From Clostridia bacterium (GTDB taxonomy: Bacteria; Bacillota; Clostridia; UMGS1883): a stretch of 64,000 nt of DNA. How positions within the stretch are numbered: the first letter of the stretch is position 1; every line of letters starts with the position of its first letter. The position numbers and the translations under genes were made by a program. This document shows, one piece after another, positions 29,604-39,623 of the stretch. The stretch is taken from assembly GCA_045545295.1 (NCBI GenBank), contig JAZQAO010000004.1, positions 27,105-91,104 on the forward strand, read 5' to 3'. The notes under the pieces are model-generated. The model was not told the origin of the DNA. It saw nothing but the letters and a program-made list of their open reading frames with translations, and ran no database searches.

Positions 29604-31865
29604 TCATTCGTCAATATCCGTAATGTATTTTTTGAGTATTCTGTAATATGTTCTTACGTGATAAAATCCGACCTTTTCGGCAATCTCCTTGCTTGAAAGG
29701 TCACTGTTTTCCATAAGCTCTTTCGCTTTTATTACTCTGCATTTATTTATATAATCTGTAAGAGAAATTCCCGTTTCTTCTTTGAAAAGCCTCGAAAGAT
29801 AATAAGGAGACAGATTAAAGCTATCACCAATCGACGCAGTATTAAGAAGGGAATTACTGTAGTTTTCTTCTACATACTTAATTACATTTTCAATAAGCTT
29901 ACTCTTCCTTTTCAGCTTTCCGTCTTTTGCATTGCATACCATTTCGCACATCTGTCTGAGCCACTGTACAGTAAGATGGTGCCTTTCTTCAAGTGATTGT
30001 CTGAGTACATTTTCGTTAAGACGGCTTCCTTTCTCCATTATTGATTCATCCTTAAGAATCTCAAAAGCAGTTTTTGTTATAACCCTTAAGATATCCTGTA
30101 TGACATAATTTTTATATTCTTCCGAAAATTTATCGTTATTTTTAAGTATACGGAAAACCGTTTCAACAGAAGCAACTGCCTCCTCTGTTTTTCCTGCACG
30201 GATATCTCTTATCAGTTTATTTTCCTTTTCTTCGCCGAATAAGTATCCGTCCTTAAAGTCAAAGGAAATATCACTGTATACAAGACACTCCTGTATTCCC
30301 ATATTCATTTTGTATTCAAGAGCTTCAAGCATCTTTATGAATGTGTCTGAAATTTTTTCTTCTCCGATAAACAAATCAGAAAGAACGTATGTAAGTTCAA
30401 GGTTAAATTTCAAATTTATAAACTGAAGACGTTCATCTGCAATTTCTTTGAATTTTTTATAAATTTCCTGTGCGTTTTCATTAAAATTCACAAGACATAC
30501 CGTCTTCCCGTCAACATCAGCAACATACGCGCACAAATCCGCGTCATATTTTTCTTCGTAAATATTCTGAATGATGAAATGAAGGTACTCCCCTCTTTTT
30601 TCATCACTCATTTTTTCTTCTCTTAGAAGAGCGGAAATATCTTCAAGGCAGAAAATCATAACCGCAAAGTGATTTCCTGAAAAAGCTAATACTCCTTCAG
30701 ACTTTACCAATACCGAATTTCCTTTAAATTTTGCAACCAGAAGCATCTGCTTAAGGCTCGCTTCGTTTTTCATTTGCTCTTTTTTGAGGAAACGGTTTTC
30801 TTCCAGAAGCTGTTCCACAGACTGGAAAACCGTATGATATTCGTTTCCTTTTTCTTTTATATTAAGAATAGAGGATACTTTGTTGATATACTCCATATCA
30901 CGCTTTATAAAATATCTTATGAGCATAAACAGTATAATAAGTGCAAGAATAACACTTATTATAATAACAGTTCTGACAAGGTCTACCTTCGACTGCAAAA
31001 CCTCCTTAGGAATAGAAGTGGCAATATACCACTGCTCTGCATACGACGGTTGCGTCATTGTATAAACTGAATCCTTATCGGATTGTATAAGTTTTCTGAG
31101 TTCTGCAACAGTGTGAGGTATATCCTGTTCTTCTTTTCCTGTTTCGCAGTAAATTAACCTTTGAAATGAATTATATATGTACACATCAAAATCGTTAGAT
31201 TTATTTTGATTTTCCATATTACTGAGAAAATTATTTTTATCTATAATAATAACCGAAACCGCATTTTTATCCGTTGAAACAGGCGACAAAAACGCAAGCG
31301 AATCTACCCTCTCTCTATCCAGGTGACAATCAATATTTATATAATTTCTTTTTGTGTTTTCCTTTAGAATTAAAATCCAATCCTCGTAGGAAATACCCGT
31401 GTCTTCAAAATAAAGATTATAAAACATATCGCTGCTTATAATTCCGTGTTGAGATACAACCTCATCCGTAAGCTTCAGATATATAAAAATAAGATTTACA
31501 CTTCTGTATTCATCAGAAAACTCTTTAAGTTGAGTTACAGCATCTACGGCAGTCTGTGTGTTCCAATAATTAACTCCTTTGGACTGATTTTCCGCAATGG
31601 AGTTAATTGTCTTTTCTTCCATAATTTTCTTCTGAAGATTCTGAGTCTCGTCAAGAGAACGTCTCACAGACTGCGACACGGAAGAAAAGAAATAATTATT
31701 CAGTTCGTCACTTTCTCTCTGGACAATATTTTCATATCTGACAGTAATTATAGCAATGATAAACATACATATAAGAACTATCGCAACATAAGAAAACAAA
31801 AATGTTTTTTTAACACTCTGTCCGTTTTTTTTCTGAATAATTTTCACGATAAAAAAACACTCCAT
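29604..31865 (-). CDS. membrane-anchored AraC-family transcriptional regulator with a large sensor region
   Basis: 753 aa with two predicted TM segments (FLFSYVAIVLICMFIIAIITV, VIIISVILALIILFMLI). C-terminal AraC HTH (LSPYYLSRLFKEETG..., KEIAEKVGFYHVRTYYRILKKY). Confidence 0.8.
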   Translation of the reverse strand: MECFFIVKIIQKKNGQSVKKTFLFSYVAIVLICMFIIAIITVRYENIVQRESDELNNYFFSSVSQSVRRSLDETQNLQKKIMEEKTINSIAENQSKGVNYWNTQTAVDAVTQLKEFSDEYRSVNLIFIYLKLTDEVVSQHGIISSDMFYNLYFEDTGISYEDWILILKENTKRNYINIDCHLDRERVDSLAFLSPVSTDKNAVSVIIIDKNNFLSNMENQNKSNDFDVYIYNSFQRLIYCETGKEEQDIPHTVAELRKLIQSDKDSVYTMTQPSYAEQWYIATSIPKEVLQSKVDLVRTVIIISVILALIILFMLIRYFIKRDMEYINKVSSILNIKEKGNEYHTVFQSVEQLLEENRFLKKEQMKNEASLKQMLLVAKFKGNSVLVKSEGVLAFSGNHFAVMIFCLEDISALLREEKMSDEKRGEYLHFIIQNIYEEKYDADLCAYVADVDGKTVCLVNFNENAQEIYKKFKEIADERLQFINLKFNLELTYVLSDLFIGEEKISDTFIKMLEALEYKMNMGIQECLVYSDISFDFKDGYLFGEEKENKLIRDIRAGKTEEAVASVETVFRILKNNDKFSEEYKNYVIQDILRVITKTAFEILKDESIMEKGSRLNENVLRQSLEERHHLTVQWLRQMCEMVCNAKDGKLKRKSKLIENVIKYVEENYSNSLLNTASIGDSFNLSPYYLSRLFKEETGISLTDYINKCRVIKAKELMENSDLSSKEIAEKVGFYHVRTYYRILKKYITDIDE

Positions 31866-31885
31866 CTTTACAAAATTTTAGCATT

Positions 31886-31917
31886 AAATGATTGTGCCAT
31901 AAACGGCACAATCATTT
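31886..31917 (-). terminator. hairpin terminator after the ABC transporter operon
   Basis: 13-bp stem AAATGATTGTGCC / GGCACAATCATTT. The T-tract is imperfect. Confidence 0.55.
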
Positions 31918-31923
31918 ATTACC

Positions 31924-32871
31924 TTACCACAAAGCTGTATCGTTAAGTTTTCGGCTTATATAGTTTGTTCCGCAAAGGAATATAAGATTAATTGCAGAGT
32001 TAAACAGGTTTACAGCCGTTGAAAAGCTCCAGTCCTGCTCAAACAGACCTTTTCTGTAAACAAAGGTCGAAATGACATCTGCAACCTCCAGTGTTGCATC
32101 ATTATAAAGAAGAATTATCTTCTCATAACCTACGCTGAGGATTGAACCTACGCTCAGAATAAGCATAGTTATAATCGTCGGAGCAATTCCTGGAAGCGTA
32201 ATATGCCAAAGCTGTTTTGCCTTTCCCGCACCGTCAATTGCCGCCGCCTCATAAAGCGACTCATCAACGCCCATAAGAGCCGCAAGATAAATAATAGAGT
32301 CCCATCCCATATTCTGCCATATTCCACTTATTACATACACCGGTAAAAAATACTTGGGATAGTTAAGCATCGTTACTGGTTCTACGCCAAACAGTGCAAG
32401 CATAGATGATACTATACCTGTATCACGAGTAAATTCTTTAATCATACCGCAGATTACAACGGTAGATATAAAGTGCGGTATGTAAGTTGCATTCTGCACA
32501 ACTTTACCGAATTTCGCACTTCTTAATTCATTGATAAGAAGTGCAAGAATAATCGGCATCGGAAAACCGAAAACCAATGTAGAAATACTTATCCTAAGTG
32601 TATTGAAAAGAACTTCTTTAAATGAAGGGCTTGTAAAAAAGTAAATAAAGTGGTCAAATCCTGCCCACGGACTTCCCATAACGCCAAGCCTCGGTGAAAA
32701 GTTTTTAAATGCAATCAGCGCACCGTACATTGGAACATAATGAAATATGATATAGAACAAAAGTCCCGGAATCATAAGCATATACAATGATTTATTAACC
32801 TTAAAATCCTTCTTTATGGTTTTTCCGACGGAGACTCTGTGTTTAGTTGTATTTTTTGATGAAACCTGCAT
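31924..32871 (-). CDS. sugar ABC transporter permease (LplB-like)
   Basis: 315 aa multi-TM protein with an ABC permease EAA-type loop (DESLYEAAAIDGAGKAKQLWHITLP). Confidence 0.85.
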   Translation of the reverse strand: MQVSSKNTTKHRVSVGKTIKKDFKVNKSLYMLMIPGLLFYIIFHYVPMYGALIAFKNFSPRLGVMGSPWAGFDHFIYFFTSPSFKEVLFNTLRISISTLVFGFPMPIILALLINELRSAKFGKVVQNATYIPHFISTVVICGMIKEFTRDTGIVSSMLALFGVEPVTMLNYPKYFLPVYVISGIWQNMGWDSIIYLAALMGVDESLYEAAAIDGAGKAKQLWHITLPGIAPTIITMLILSVGSILSVGYEKIILLYNDATLEVADVISTFVYRKGLFEQDWSFSTAVNLFNSAINLIFLCGTNYISRKLNDTALW

Positions 32872-32894
32872 TGCTTTTTTCCTTTCTCCAGATA

Positions 32895-33779
32895 TTATCC
32901 TTTAACTGCGCCTATCATAACACCTTTTGTAAAATATCGCTGCAAGAAGGGATATACACACAAAATAGGCACAGTTGCCACAACAATTGTTGCATATTTG
33001 ATAGTTTCACCTATTGAATACTGGTCTTCAAAAACAGCATCCTGCGACATAGAAGAGGTATCATTCTGTATCAGAATTTCTCTTAATATAAGCTGCAGAG
33101 GGAATTTTGCTCTGTCTTTGATATAAATACTTGCATTAAACCATGAGTTCCAGTGACCTACCGCATAGTAGAGAATCATAACCGCAATAATTGATTTTGA
33201 CAAAGGCAAAACAATCTGAAAAAGCACCCTCAGATGACTGGCACCGTCAAGCCTTGCTGATTCAACAAGGCTTTCCGGAATCTGAGAAAACGAAGTTCTC
33301 ATTATTATAAGATAATACGTATCTATTGCCAAAGGAAGTATCAGAGCCAGAAATGTATTTGATAATCCCAGAGTCCTGCTTATAAGAAGATATTTGGGAA
33401 TCAGACCGCCCGAAATAAACATCGTCACCGTAATAAATTTCATTATTGTCTTCGACCAGAATACATTTTTCTGCGAAAGAGCATAAGCCATCATCGAAGT
33501 CAGAATAATATTTACTGTCACACCGCTTACTACAATAATAATTGTATTAATATAGCTTCTTATAATCAGGGGATTGCTGAACACGCCTTCATATGCAGCT
33601 ACACTCAATCCTATAGGTGAAAATATGGGGCCAATGTGAGAAACAAGCCTGTCACTTACGCTGAAAGAAGCGCAAAGCACGTGCCATATCGGATATATCA
33701 TTACCACTGACAAAAGCAACATCAGCATAATATTAAAAATGTCAAATACTCTTTGTGCTTTCGAAATTTTAATTTTCAT
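32895..33779 (-). CDS. carbohydrate ABC transporter permease (LplC-like)
   Basis: 294 aa with an EAA loop (ESLVESARLDGASHLRVLFQIVLP). Confidence 0.85.
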   Translation of the reverse strand: MKIKISKAQRVFDIFNIMLMLLLSVVMIYPIWHVLCASFSVSDRLVSHIGPIFSPIGLSVAAYEGVFSNPLIIRSYINTIIIVVSGVTVNIILTSMMAYALSQKNVFWSKTIMKFITVTMFISGGLIPKYLLISRTLGLSNTFLALILPLAIDTYYLIIMRTSFSQIPESLVESARLDGASHLRVLFQIVLPLSKSIIAVMILYYAVGHWNSWFNASIYIKDRAKFPLQLILREILIQNDTSSMSQDAVFEDQYSIGETIKYATIVVATVPILCVYPFLQRYFTKGVMIGAVKG

Positions 33780-33797
33780 TTTTTCCTGATTACTCCT

Positions 33798-35363
33798 TTA
33801 ACGGTTATTATAACGCTTAAGTGCAGCTGTCTGAATTTCCATAGCACGATCAACACCAAGCTGCTTCATTGTGCTGACATACTTGTCAAAATTCTCAATA
33901 GGCTCAATACCGTTTATGAATTTAACTATCATCTGGTCTCTGTATTTTGTAACTTCATTCATAATACGTGCATACTCAGCATTTTCTTCTGTTGTTGTAG
34001 AAATTGTAGGCATATCTCTCTTTTGGGACTCCTTAACATCCATTGTCCAGTTTTTAAGAGCCATCTGCTGCTGGGGAAGACTATAGTACTGTTCTATATA
34101 TCTTGAATCAAGTACGAATGCTCCGCCGTTACCTGCTTTCATATACAATCCAAGTGCCTGTGAAACAGTAAGTCCGTCAGGGTTATTCATTATAAGGTCA
34201 GTATATTTGGGATATCCGTCAACCATCTCGTATGAAATGCCCTCTATACCGAAGTTAACAAGCATATCTCCCTCTTCTGTATAGGGATAGTCGAGGAATT
34301 TTGCTGCCAAAGCAGGATTTTTTGCCTGTGTTGTTATAGAAGCACCGTATCCGTTAACATTATTTCCTACAGGAAGCCATGTGGAAGGCTCTCCGCTTCT
34401 TGTGGGATAAGGTACGCCTGCAAGGTCAAATTTGGGGTTACTCTGAGCTCCGATTTTCATATACTGACCGATGCCGCCACCACCGCTTGTAATAACGGCA
34501 CCCGTTTTATCGTTAAGAATCTGATTATCAATAAGTTTTGTATCAACAGAAATCAGATTCTTGTCAAGAAGGCCTTTTTCTACCCAATCGCGGATATTAA
34601 CAAGGGCATCCTTGAAGCTCGGCTGAATAGCACCATATTTTACAGTATTTCCGTCAACATAAGGCTCATAGCTTGCTTCAAACATATTGAAAAAGTAACA
34701 TATATTTGCATAGTTGAAAGACATCGGGGCAGTAGCACCCTTCTTTTCCTTGAACGCTGTAAGCATTACTTCCCAATCTTCAATAGACTTGGGAACATCA
34801 AGACCAAGCTCCTTAAGCCAGTCCATACGAACTGCAGGACCAGTAACCATAAGAAGGTTGTCACCGTCCTGAATTGAAGCAAACGCAAAATGTTCTTTAT
34901 TATCAGTCTGTGCCGGACGGTCATATTCAGGATGGTTCTTGAGAAAATCAAAATATGCGGGGGCATATTCCTTATAATCGTCAAGTGCGATAATTACCTC
35001 TTCATCAAGCGCTTTCGCAGGACCGCCGGGGTATCCGTCCCATGCATATTCAATAATATCGGGCAAATCGTTTGATGCAACCATAAGGTTAAGAGCCTCG
35101 GCTGTAGAGCCTGCTACAGGATGAAGATAATTAACTTTTATGCCTGTTCTCTTTTCAATCTCACGCGCTATTTCAGTTGCACCATAATTGTCAACAGACA
35201 TAGAAATATTAACGGGCAACGGCCTCCAGTATGTAAGAGTTTCCTCTGTACTTATAGGATATGAGGACAAGTCTATATTTTCATTTGACACAGATGCTTT
35301 TTTCTGACCGCAAGCAGACAACAGCATTGCCAAACAAAGGATTAATAATACTATTTTTTTCAT
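33798..35363 (-). CDS. extracellular solute-binding lipoprotein (LplA-like, large CUT1-type SBP)
   Basis: Lipobox LLSAC. About 520 aa, the typical size for polysaccharide-fragment SBPs. I prefer ATG 35363 (AGGAG upstream) over GTG 35372. Confidence 0.85.
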   Translation of the reverse strand: MKKIVLLILCLAMLLSACGQKKASVSNENIDLSSYPISTEETLTYWRPLPVNISMSVDNYGATEIAREIEKRTGIKVNYLHPVAGSTAEALNLMVASNDLPDIIEYAWDGYPGGPAKALDEEVIIALDDYKEYAPAYFDFLKNHPEYDRPAQTDNKEHFAFASIQDGDNLLMVTGPAVRMDWLKELGLDVPKSIEDWEVMLTAFKEKKGATAPMSFNYANICYFFNMFEASYEPYVDGNTVKYGAIQPSFKDALVNIRDWVEKGLLDKNLISVDTKLIDNQILNDKTGAVITSGGGGIGQYMKIGAQSNPKFDLAGVPYPTRSGEPSTWLPVGNNVNGYGASITTQAKNPALAAKFLDYPYTEEGDMLVNFGIEGISYEMVDGYPKYTDLIMNNPDGLTVSQALGLYMKAGNGGAFVLDSRYIEQYYSLPQQQMALKNWTMDVKESQKRDMPTISTTTEENAEYARIMNEVTKYRDQMIVKFINGIEPIENFDKYVSTMKQLGVDRAMEIQTAALKRYNNR

Positions 35364-35430
35364 AACTACCACTCCTGTTTTTTTATTTGAAAGGTTTGGT
35401 ATAATTAAATTTTATACCTTTTAAACACAA

Positions 35431-35467
35431 AAGACAATGGAAATTATTTACACAAAAGCATTGTCTT
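35431..35467 (-). terminator. hairpin terminator downstream of 35477-37555
   Basis: AAGACAATG / CATTGTCTT stem followed by a T-rich tract on the minus strand. Confidence 0.5.
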
Positions 35468-35476
35468 ACTACTTTT

Positions 35477-37555
35477 TTAATTCTGACCGCATTTTCTGAA
35501 GGTTTTAAGCTCCGAATTAAGAACATAGTCAACCTGGCGTATTTTCCATTCAAGCCTCTTCTTATCGGTCATATAATACATACTCGGTTCCCAACCGAGC
35601 CTTGAGTCATTTTCTACAAGCGGAATTGTATTTTCAGCGTTTTCTCTTTCTTCCAAAAGAATATTTTCCATTTCATCAAAAATATTTTCAACCACACCGC
35701 GGTCTGTTTCAATATGCATTTTTGTTCTTAAAACAAACCATTTTTTTGCATTAATCCCCGTTATAACAGTATTTTTAATAAAGCGGGACAAATTTAACAA
35801 TTCGTCTGTTTTCCTGTTGGGATTTTTTACTTTTTCAAGAAGCGCTACTGCACCTTCCACCTTTTCGAGCATTACTTCAAGAGATTTAAGCTCATCAGGA
35901 ATTCGTATTCCGTTAAGAGTATCTCTGAAAGACTGCCACATACAATAGGTTGGATACATTATTCTGTTTCCGAACATTGCCCGCGGATCTTCGGGGATAC
36001 TTAATTCCATATCAAGAATAAACGGGTATGACGGACCAACTCGGAATGCACCATACTGCTCCTGGTCAGTAGGTGGAAAATGTCGTATAGCCTCGCTCAG
36101 CTTTATGAGGGCTTCGTTGACCTTCATATAATTATCTTTGCCGAAATGACCGCTTATTACTTTTTTTGCGATTTCATTATAGTCACCTTCAGGCTCCATA
36201 AAGCACCATTTTGAAAGCTTTGAAATGAAAGACGGAAAGAAGCCGTAATGATGACATTCCATAATTCCTGAAAGCCGCCATTTTTTGTGAGCATCTCTCA
36301 TTTTTTCATATCTGCGCATCCACTGATACGGCATCGGTTCATAAGGAAGAACACCAAAATCCCAGGTTCTTCCGCCGGTGTTTGTCATTGAATATAATTT
36401 TATTTTGCGCTTTGCCGCCGCTTCCGCTTCACTTGTAAAAGAAAATCCCGGTCCTTCGCACGCCAGAGTATAATCCGCACAAACCGCCGTGCTGTTTTCC
36501 CTGTCAAAGAAATATCCCGATTCAAAGGTAGACAAAAGGGAAATTCCTTCTGGTAAATTCTCTATAAGCCTTACCCTTGCATCCTCTGGTTTCAGGCTCC
36601 AGTTATATGTCCAGAAAACAATGTCCGCATTAGGCTTATATTTATGAACTACCTTTTTGATAAGCTCAAGAAGTTGAGGATAGTCGCTGCAGGGCCACCA
36701 CCCGGGAGATATTTTCCCCGTGGGGATATTATTAAAGCCACTGCGGTCAGGCTTCCACGGACCCACATCGGGGTCTTTGCTCGGAAATCCCACCGACTCA
36801 CCCACCATTGTAACTCCGGCTAAGCCGGGACATTCACGGAAAAGTTTTCCATATGTGCTGTCATAGTATTCCTCTGCACATTCATCATCGGGATGAAACT
36901 TGCTGAGCATATAACTGTAGGAATAAACATCTATTCCATATTTTGCCGCACGGCGTATCAGATCATTAAAATCAAGATAGCCGCTTGGGGTCATATTAAG
37001 GTCTTTTGTAAAGACCAAAATTGCATCCCGTCCCTCGTGGGCAATCCTTGAAAGATATTCGTCGGGGAAATCATCAAGCCCGTATGCCGAATGAACCATC
37101 TGGGGAGAATACAACGGTTTTCTTTTTATTACACCGTATGGAACAGACGGTGCGTGATTAAGAGTCATTATGTCTTCGAGGTAGTAAAGGCCCTGCGCTA
37201 TGCCTCGTTCATCATGACCGTATACTTTTATTCCCGTTTCATCGGTAACAATCATAAAACCGCGGTAGCTTTTGACCTCACCAAGATCAATTCCGGCTTC
37301 TTCTGCAAGACAAACGAAAACATCACAGTCGTTTTCATCTTCCTCCACCGAAACGAAAACACCCATGGAAACGCGCATATAATCTGCAAAATCCAATGCA
37401 GCGCTTCTTGTAAGACTTCCGGAAGTTTTTCTTATTGAAACCTTTGCCTTATCATAAAAAAAATACTCGTTATCCTTTTTTGCTACCGATAAATCACGAA
37501 TCTCCTTTTCGTGTACACAAAGCAAATTTTTTCTGAAATCAAATATCTGTTCCAT
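35477..37555 (-). CDS. cytoplasmic putative glycoside hydrolase (GH20b/GH67N-like N-domain plus TIM-barrel-like core)
   Basis: 692 aa, no signal peptide. The N-domain ends ...GHDERGIAQGLYYLEDIM, which resembles the N-terminal alpha/beta domain of hexosaminidase-type GHs. The family is not assignable by eye. Confidence 0.45.
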   Translation of the reverse strand: MEQIFDFRKNLLCVHEKEIRDLSVAKKDNEYFFYDKAKVSIRKTSGSLTRSAALDFADYMRVSMGVFVSVEEDENDCDVFVCLAEEAGIDLGEVKSYRGFMIVTDETGIKVYGHDERGIAQGLYYLEDIMTLNHAPSVPYGVIKRKPLYSPQMVHSAYGLDDFPDEYLSRIAHEGRDAILVFTKDLNMTPSGYLDFNDLIRRAAKYGIDVYSYSYMLSKFHPDDECAEEYYDSTYGKLFRECPGLAGVTMVGESVGFPSKDPDVGPWKPDRSGFNNIPTGKISPGWWPCSDYPQLLELIKKVVHKYKPNADIVFWTYNWSLKPEDARVRLIENLPEGISLLSTFESGYFFDRENSTAVCADYTLACEGPGFSFTSEAEAAAKRKIKLYSMTNTGGRTWDFGVLPYEPMPYQWMRRYEKMRDAHKKWRLSGIMECHHYGFFPSFISKLSKWCFMEPEGDYNEIAKKVISGHFGKDNYMKVNEALIKLSEAIRHFPPTDQEQYGAFRVGPSYPFILDMELSIPEDPRAMFGNRIMYPTYCMWQSFRDTLNGIRIPDELKSLEVMLEKVEGAVALLEKVKNPNRKTDELLNLSRFIKNTVITGINAKKWFVLRTKMHIETDRGVVENIFDEMENILLEERENAENTIPLVENDSRLGWEPSMYYMTDKKRLEWKIRQVDYVLNSELKTFRKCGQN

Positions 37556-37592
37556 AACCTATTGTCTCTCCTTCTGTATCTGTCAAAGCCTG

Positions 37593-39587
37593 TCAGTCAG
37601 TTTCGTCGCTGTACTTAAAATTACCAAGGTCAGGATATTCTATCTGTGAATTTATTTTTTCCGATACATATTTTGAAAGAGGAATGTCAAGCTCTGCAAT
37701 TTTTTTTGCCATCATCTGAGCAAAAACATCCGCACCGTAGATTGTGAGATGAACATTGTCAAACTGAGTTCCTTCAAAATAATCTGAGCCTGTAATTCTT
37801 AAATCTTCGTGATATACAGCATTGTTAAAGTAGGTATCGCAGACAAAGTAATAGCAGCTTTCATCGCCTCTTACTGCATCCTTACCTATTAATTCTGCTG
37901 TTGAAGCCACCATATCGATACTTGCAAAACCTGTCATATCAGCATTTTCTTCAATGTAATTATAGAGAGTCTCCACATAATCTCCATTTTCACTTGTATA
38001 CATAGAAGTTCCCGTAAAATTACCCTCTTCGTCAAAACTTGCAAGGAATTTACCTTCTTCGTCAAACTTATACATTATGTTAACTGTGCTTAAAATTACA
38101 TTTGCTTTTTTAGAATGAAGCGCACCGATTATTGTGTTAAGATTTTCCTTGTAGTTTTCTATACCGATGTCATCTGCAAAGTCATTTATACCAAGCTGTA
38201 TTAAAACATAATCGCCTTCCTTAACCTTGTCTCTTACAAGACTCCAGTCATATCTGTGGTCAACACCCTCTGCATTAAGACCGAGATATGTGTCTGTACC
38301 TGCACCAGAAGCAGCTTTGTTTACTACTTCTATGCCGTCAAAGTATTCGGGAAGCATCATACCCGTTCCTGCTTTTGGGAAGTTCTTTTTAACATAATCT
38401 GCCATAGTGCTGTCGCCCATAAGGTAAAGGGTGGGTGCTTTTTCTGTAATTTCAAATACTGCCGGTTCCTCAAGTGGTTTTACTAAATCTGACTTTTCCC
38501 AGAAAAAGACTTTTGTTTTTCCGCCGTCAAGGTAAGCGTCTTCCGAAATCTGAAGATTGACGTCTATAGTTGCACTGTCATTTTCAAAATCTGAATCCGT
38601 TACATCTACAGCCTTGATTGCACTAAGCTTATTTTCGTTATCAAAGCAAGCTACAAGCAACTTGCACTCACCGTCAGAAGCTGCGGATTTTTCAACAGTT
38701 ACAGTTTCAATAACGTCACCGCCCGAAGGTGAGCTTACAAAAAATCCGTCAGCAGACATATATGAAATATCTGTCACACTGTAGCTTTCTACATATGAAA
38801 ACTGTTCAAGCTTAATATCATCAATGTAAAGCTTATTCTGTGACGCCCAGTCAGTTCTGCTGGTCCACAGTCTGATTTCCGTTACTTCCGGCATTGTTTT
38901 CATTTCCTGTGCAGGTCCAATCTGTGTATCGTTTACGATAAGAGAAAGTGTGCTGTTGTTATAGTCAAGCACAAATTCCACCTTATTCCATACCCACGCT
39001 TCAAAAATTGCTTTTTCTTCTTCTGTAAAATGGTAAGCGCTCTTACCGAAAGGCTTCCAATAAATATTGGTTAAGTCATCGGTAAAGAACTTAAAGCCCA
39101 TTGTAAATAAGTATCCGGAGTATGAACCGCCGCCGGGGCAAAGCTTATAACTGAGCTTAACTATATTGTTTTTTGAGGGTGCGGTATCAAGCTTTTTATA
39201 TAAGGTAGAACCACAGTTGCTTGTTGAACCGCTCTTTTCACGAGTAAGGTCAAGGTAAGCACTTTCGTTTCCTACAAGACCGCCCTCTTCTGATTTGTAA
39301 TCTACGGTATACATCCCCGGAATTTCATCTGCAGGAGCTTCTACATTTATGCTCCAACCTTTGTATCCTGTAATATTACCGCTTCCGCCACCTGCGGTTA
39401 TCTCATCGGAAGATAAAATAGACCTTGGGTATGTAACCGTTTCATTTTCGGGAGCTTCAAAATCCTCTGTAAAAAACACACCCTGACTTTCCAGACTTTT
39501 AGCATTAACAGTTACTGATGATACCAGACAAAATGACAGCATCATAACTGCAATAAAAGCTGATATAAATCTTTTCATAAAAATCAC
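37593..39587 (-). CDS. secreted LamG-like domain protein fused to an SGNH/GDSL (CE12-like) acetylesterase
   Basis: Signal peptide; EDFE..GYKGW LamG-like module. C-terminal blocks LYLMGDSTMADY, IQLGINDF, DNVHLT (SGNH blocks I, III, V). The start could be GTG 39587 or ATG 39578. Confidence 0.75.
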   Translation of the reverse strand: MIFMKRFISAFIAVMMLSFCLVSSVTVNAKSLESQGVFFTEDFEAPENETVTYPRSILSSDEITAGGGSGNITGYKGWSINVEAPADEIPGMYTVDYKSEEGGLVGNESAYLDLTREKSGSTSNCGSTLYKKLDTAPSKNNIVKLSYKLCPGGGSYSGYLFTMGFKFFTDDLTNIYWKPFGKSAYHFTEEEKAIFEAWVWNKVEFVLDYNNSTLSLIVNDTQIGPAQEMKTMPEVTEIRLWTSRTDWASQNKLYIDDIKLEQFSYVESYSVTDISYMSADGFFVSSPSGGDVIETVTVEKSAASDGECKLLVACFDNENKLSAIKAVDVTDSDFENDSATIDVNLQISEDAYLDGGKTKVFFWEKSDLVKPLEEPAVFEITEKAPTLYLMGDSTMADYVKKNFPKAGTGMMLPEYFDGIEVVNKAASGAGTDTYLGLNAEGVDHRYDWSLVRDKVKEGDYVLIQLGINDFADDIGIENYKENLNTIIGALHSKKANVILSTVNIMYKFDEEGKFLASFDEEGNFTGTSMYTSENGDYVETLYNYIEENADMTGFASIDMVASTAELIGKDAVRGDESCYYFVCDTYFNNAVYHEDLRITGSDYFEGTQFDNVHLTIYGADVFAQMMAKKIAELDIPLSKYVSEKINSQIEYPDLGNFKYSDETD

Positions 39588-39623
39588 TGTATCCTTTCTT
39601 CTGCCGAAAAATGTCCATGCTGA

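Noticed and set aside
29573-29614. 14-codon extension of the giant protein ORF that overlaps the AraC gene stop.
   Set aside because: The ATG at 29572 has a GGGGAGG RBS and begins a canonical signal peptide.
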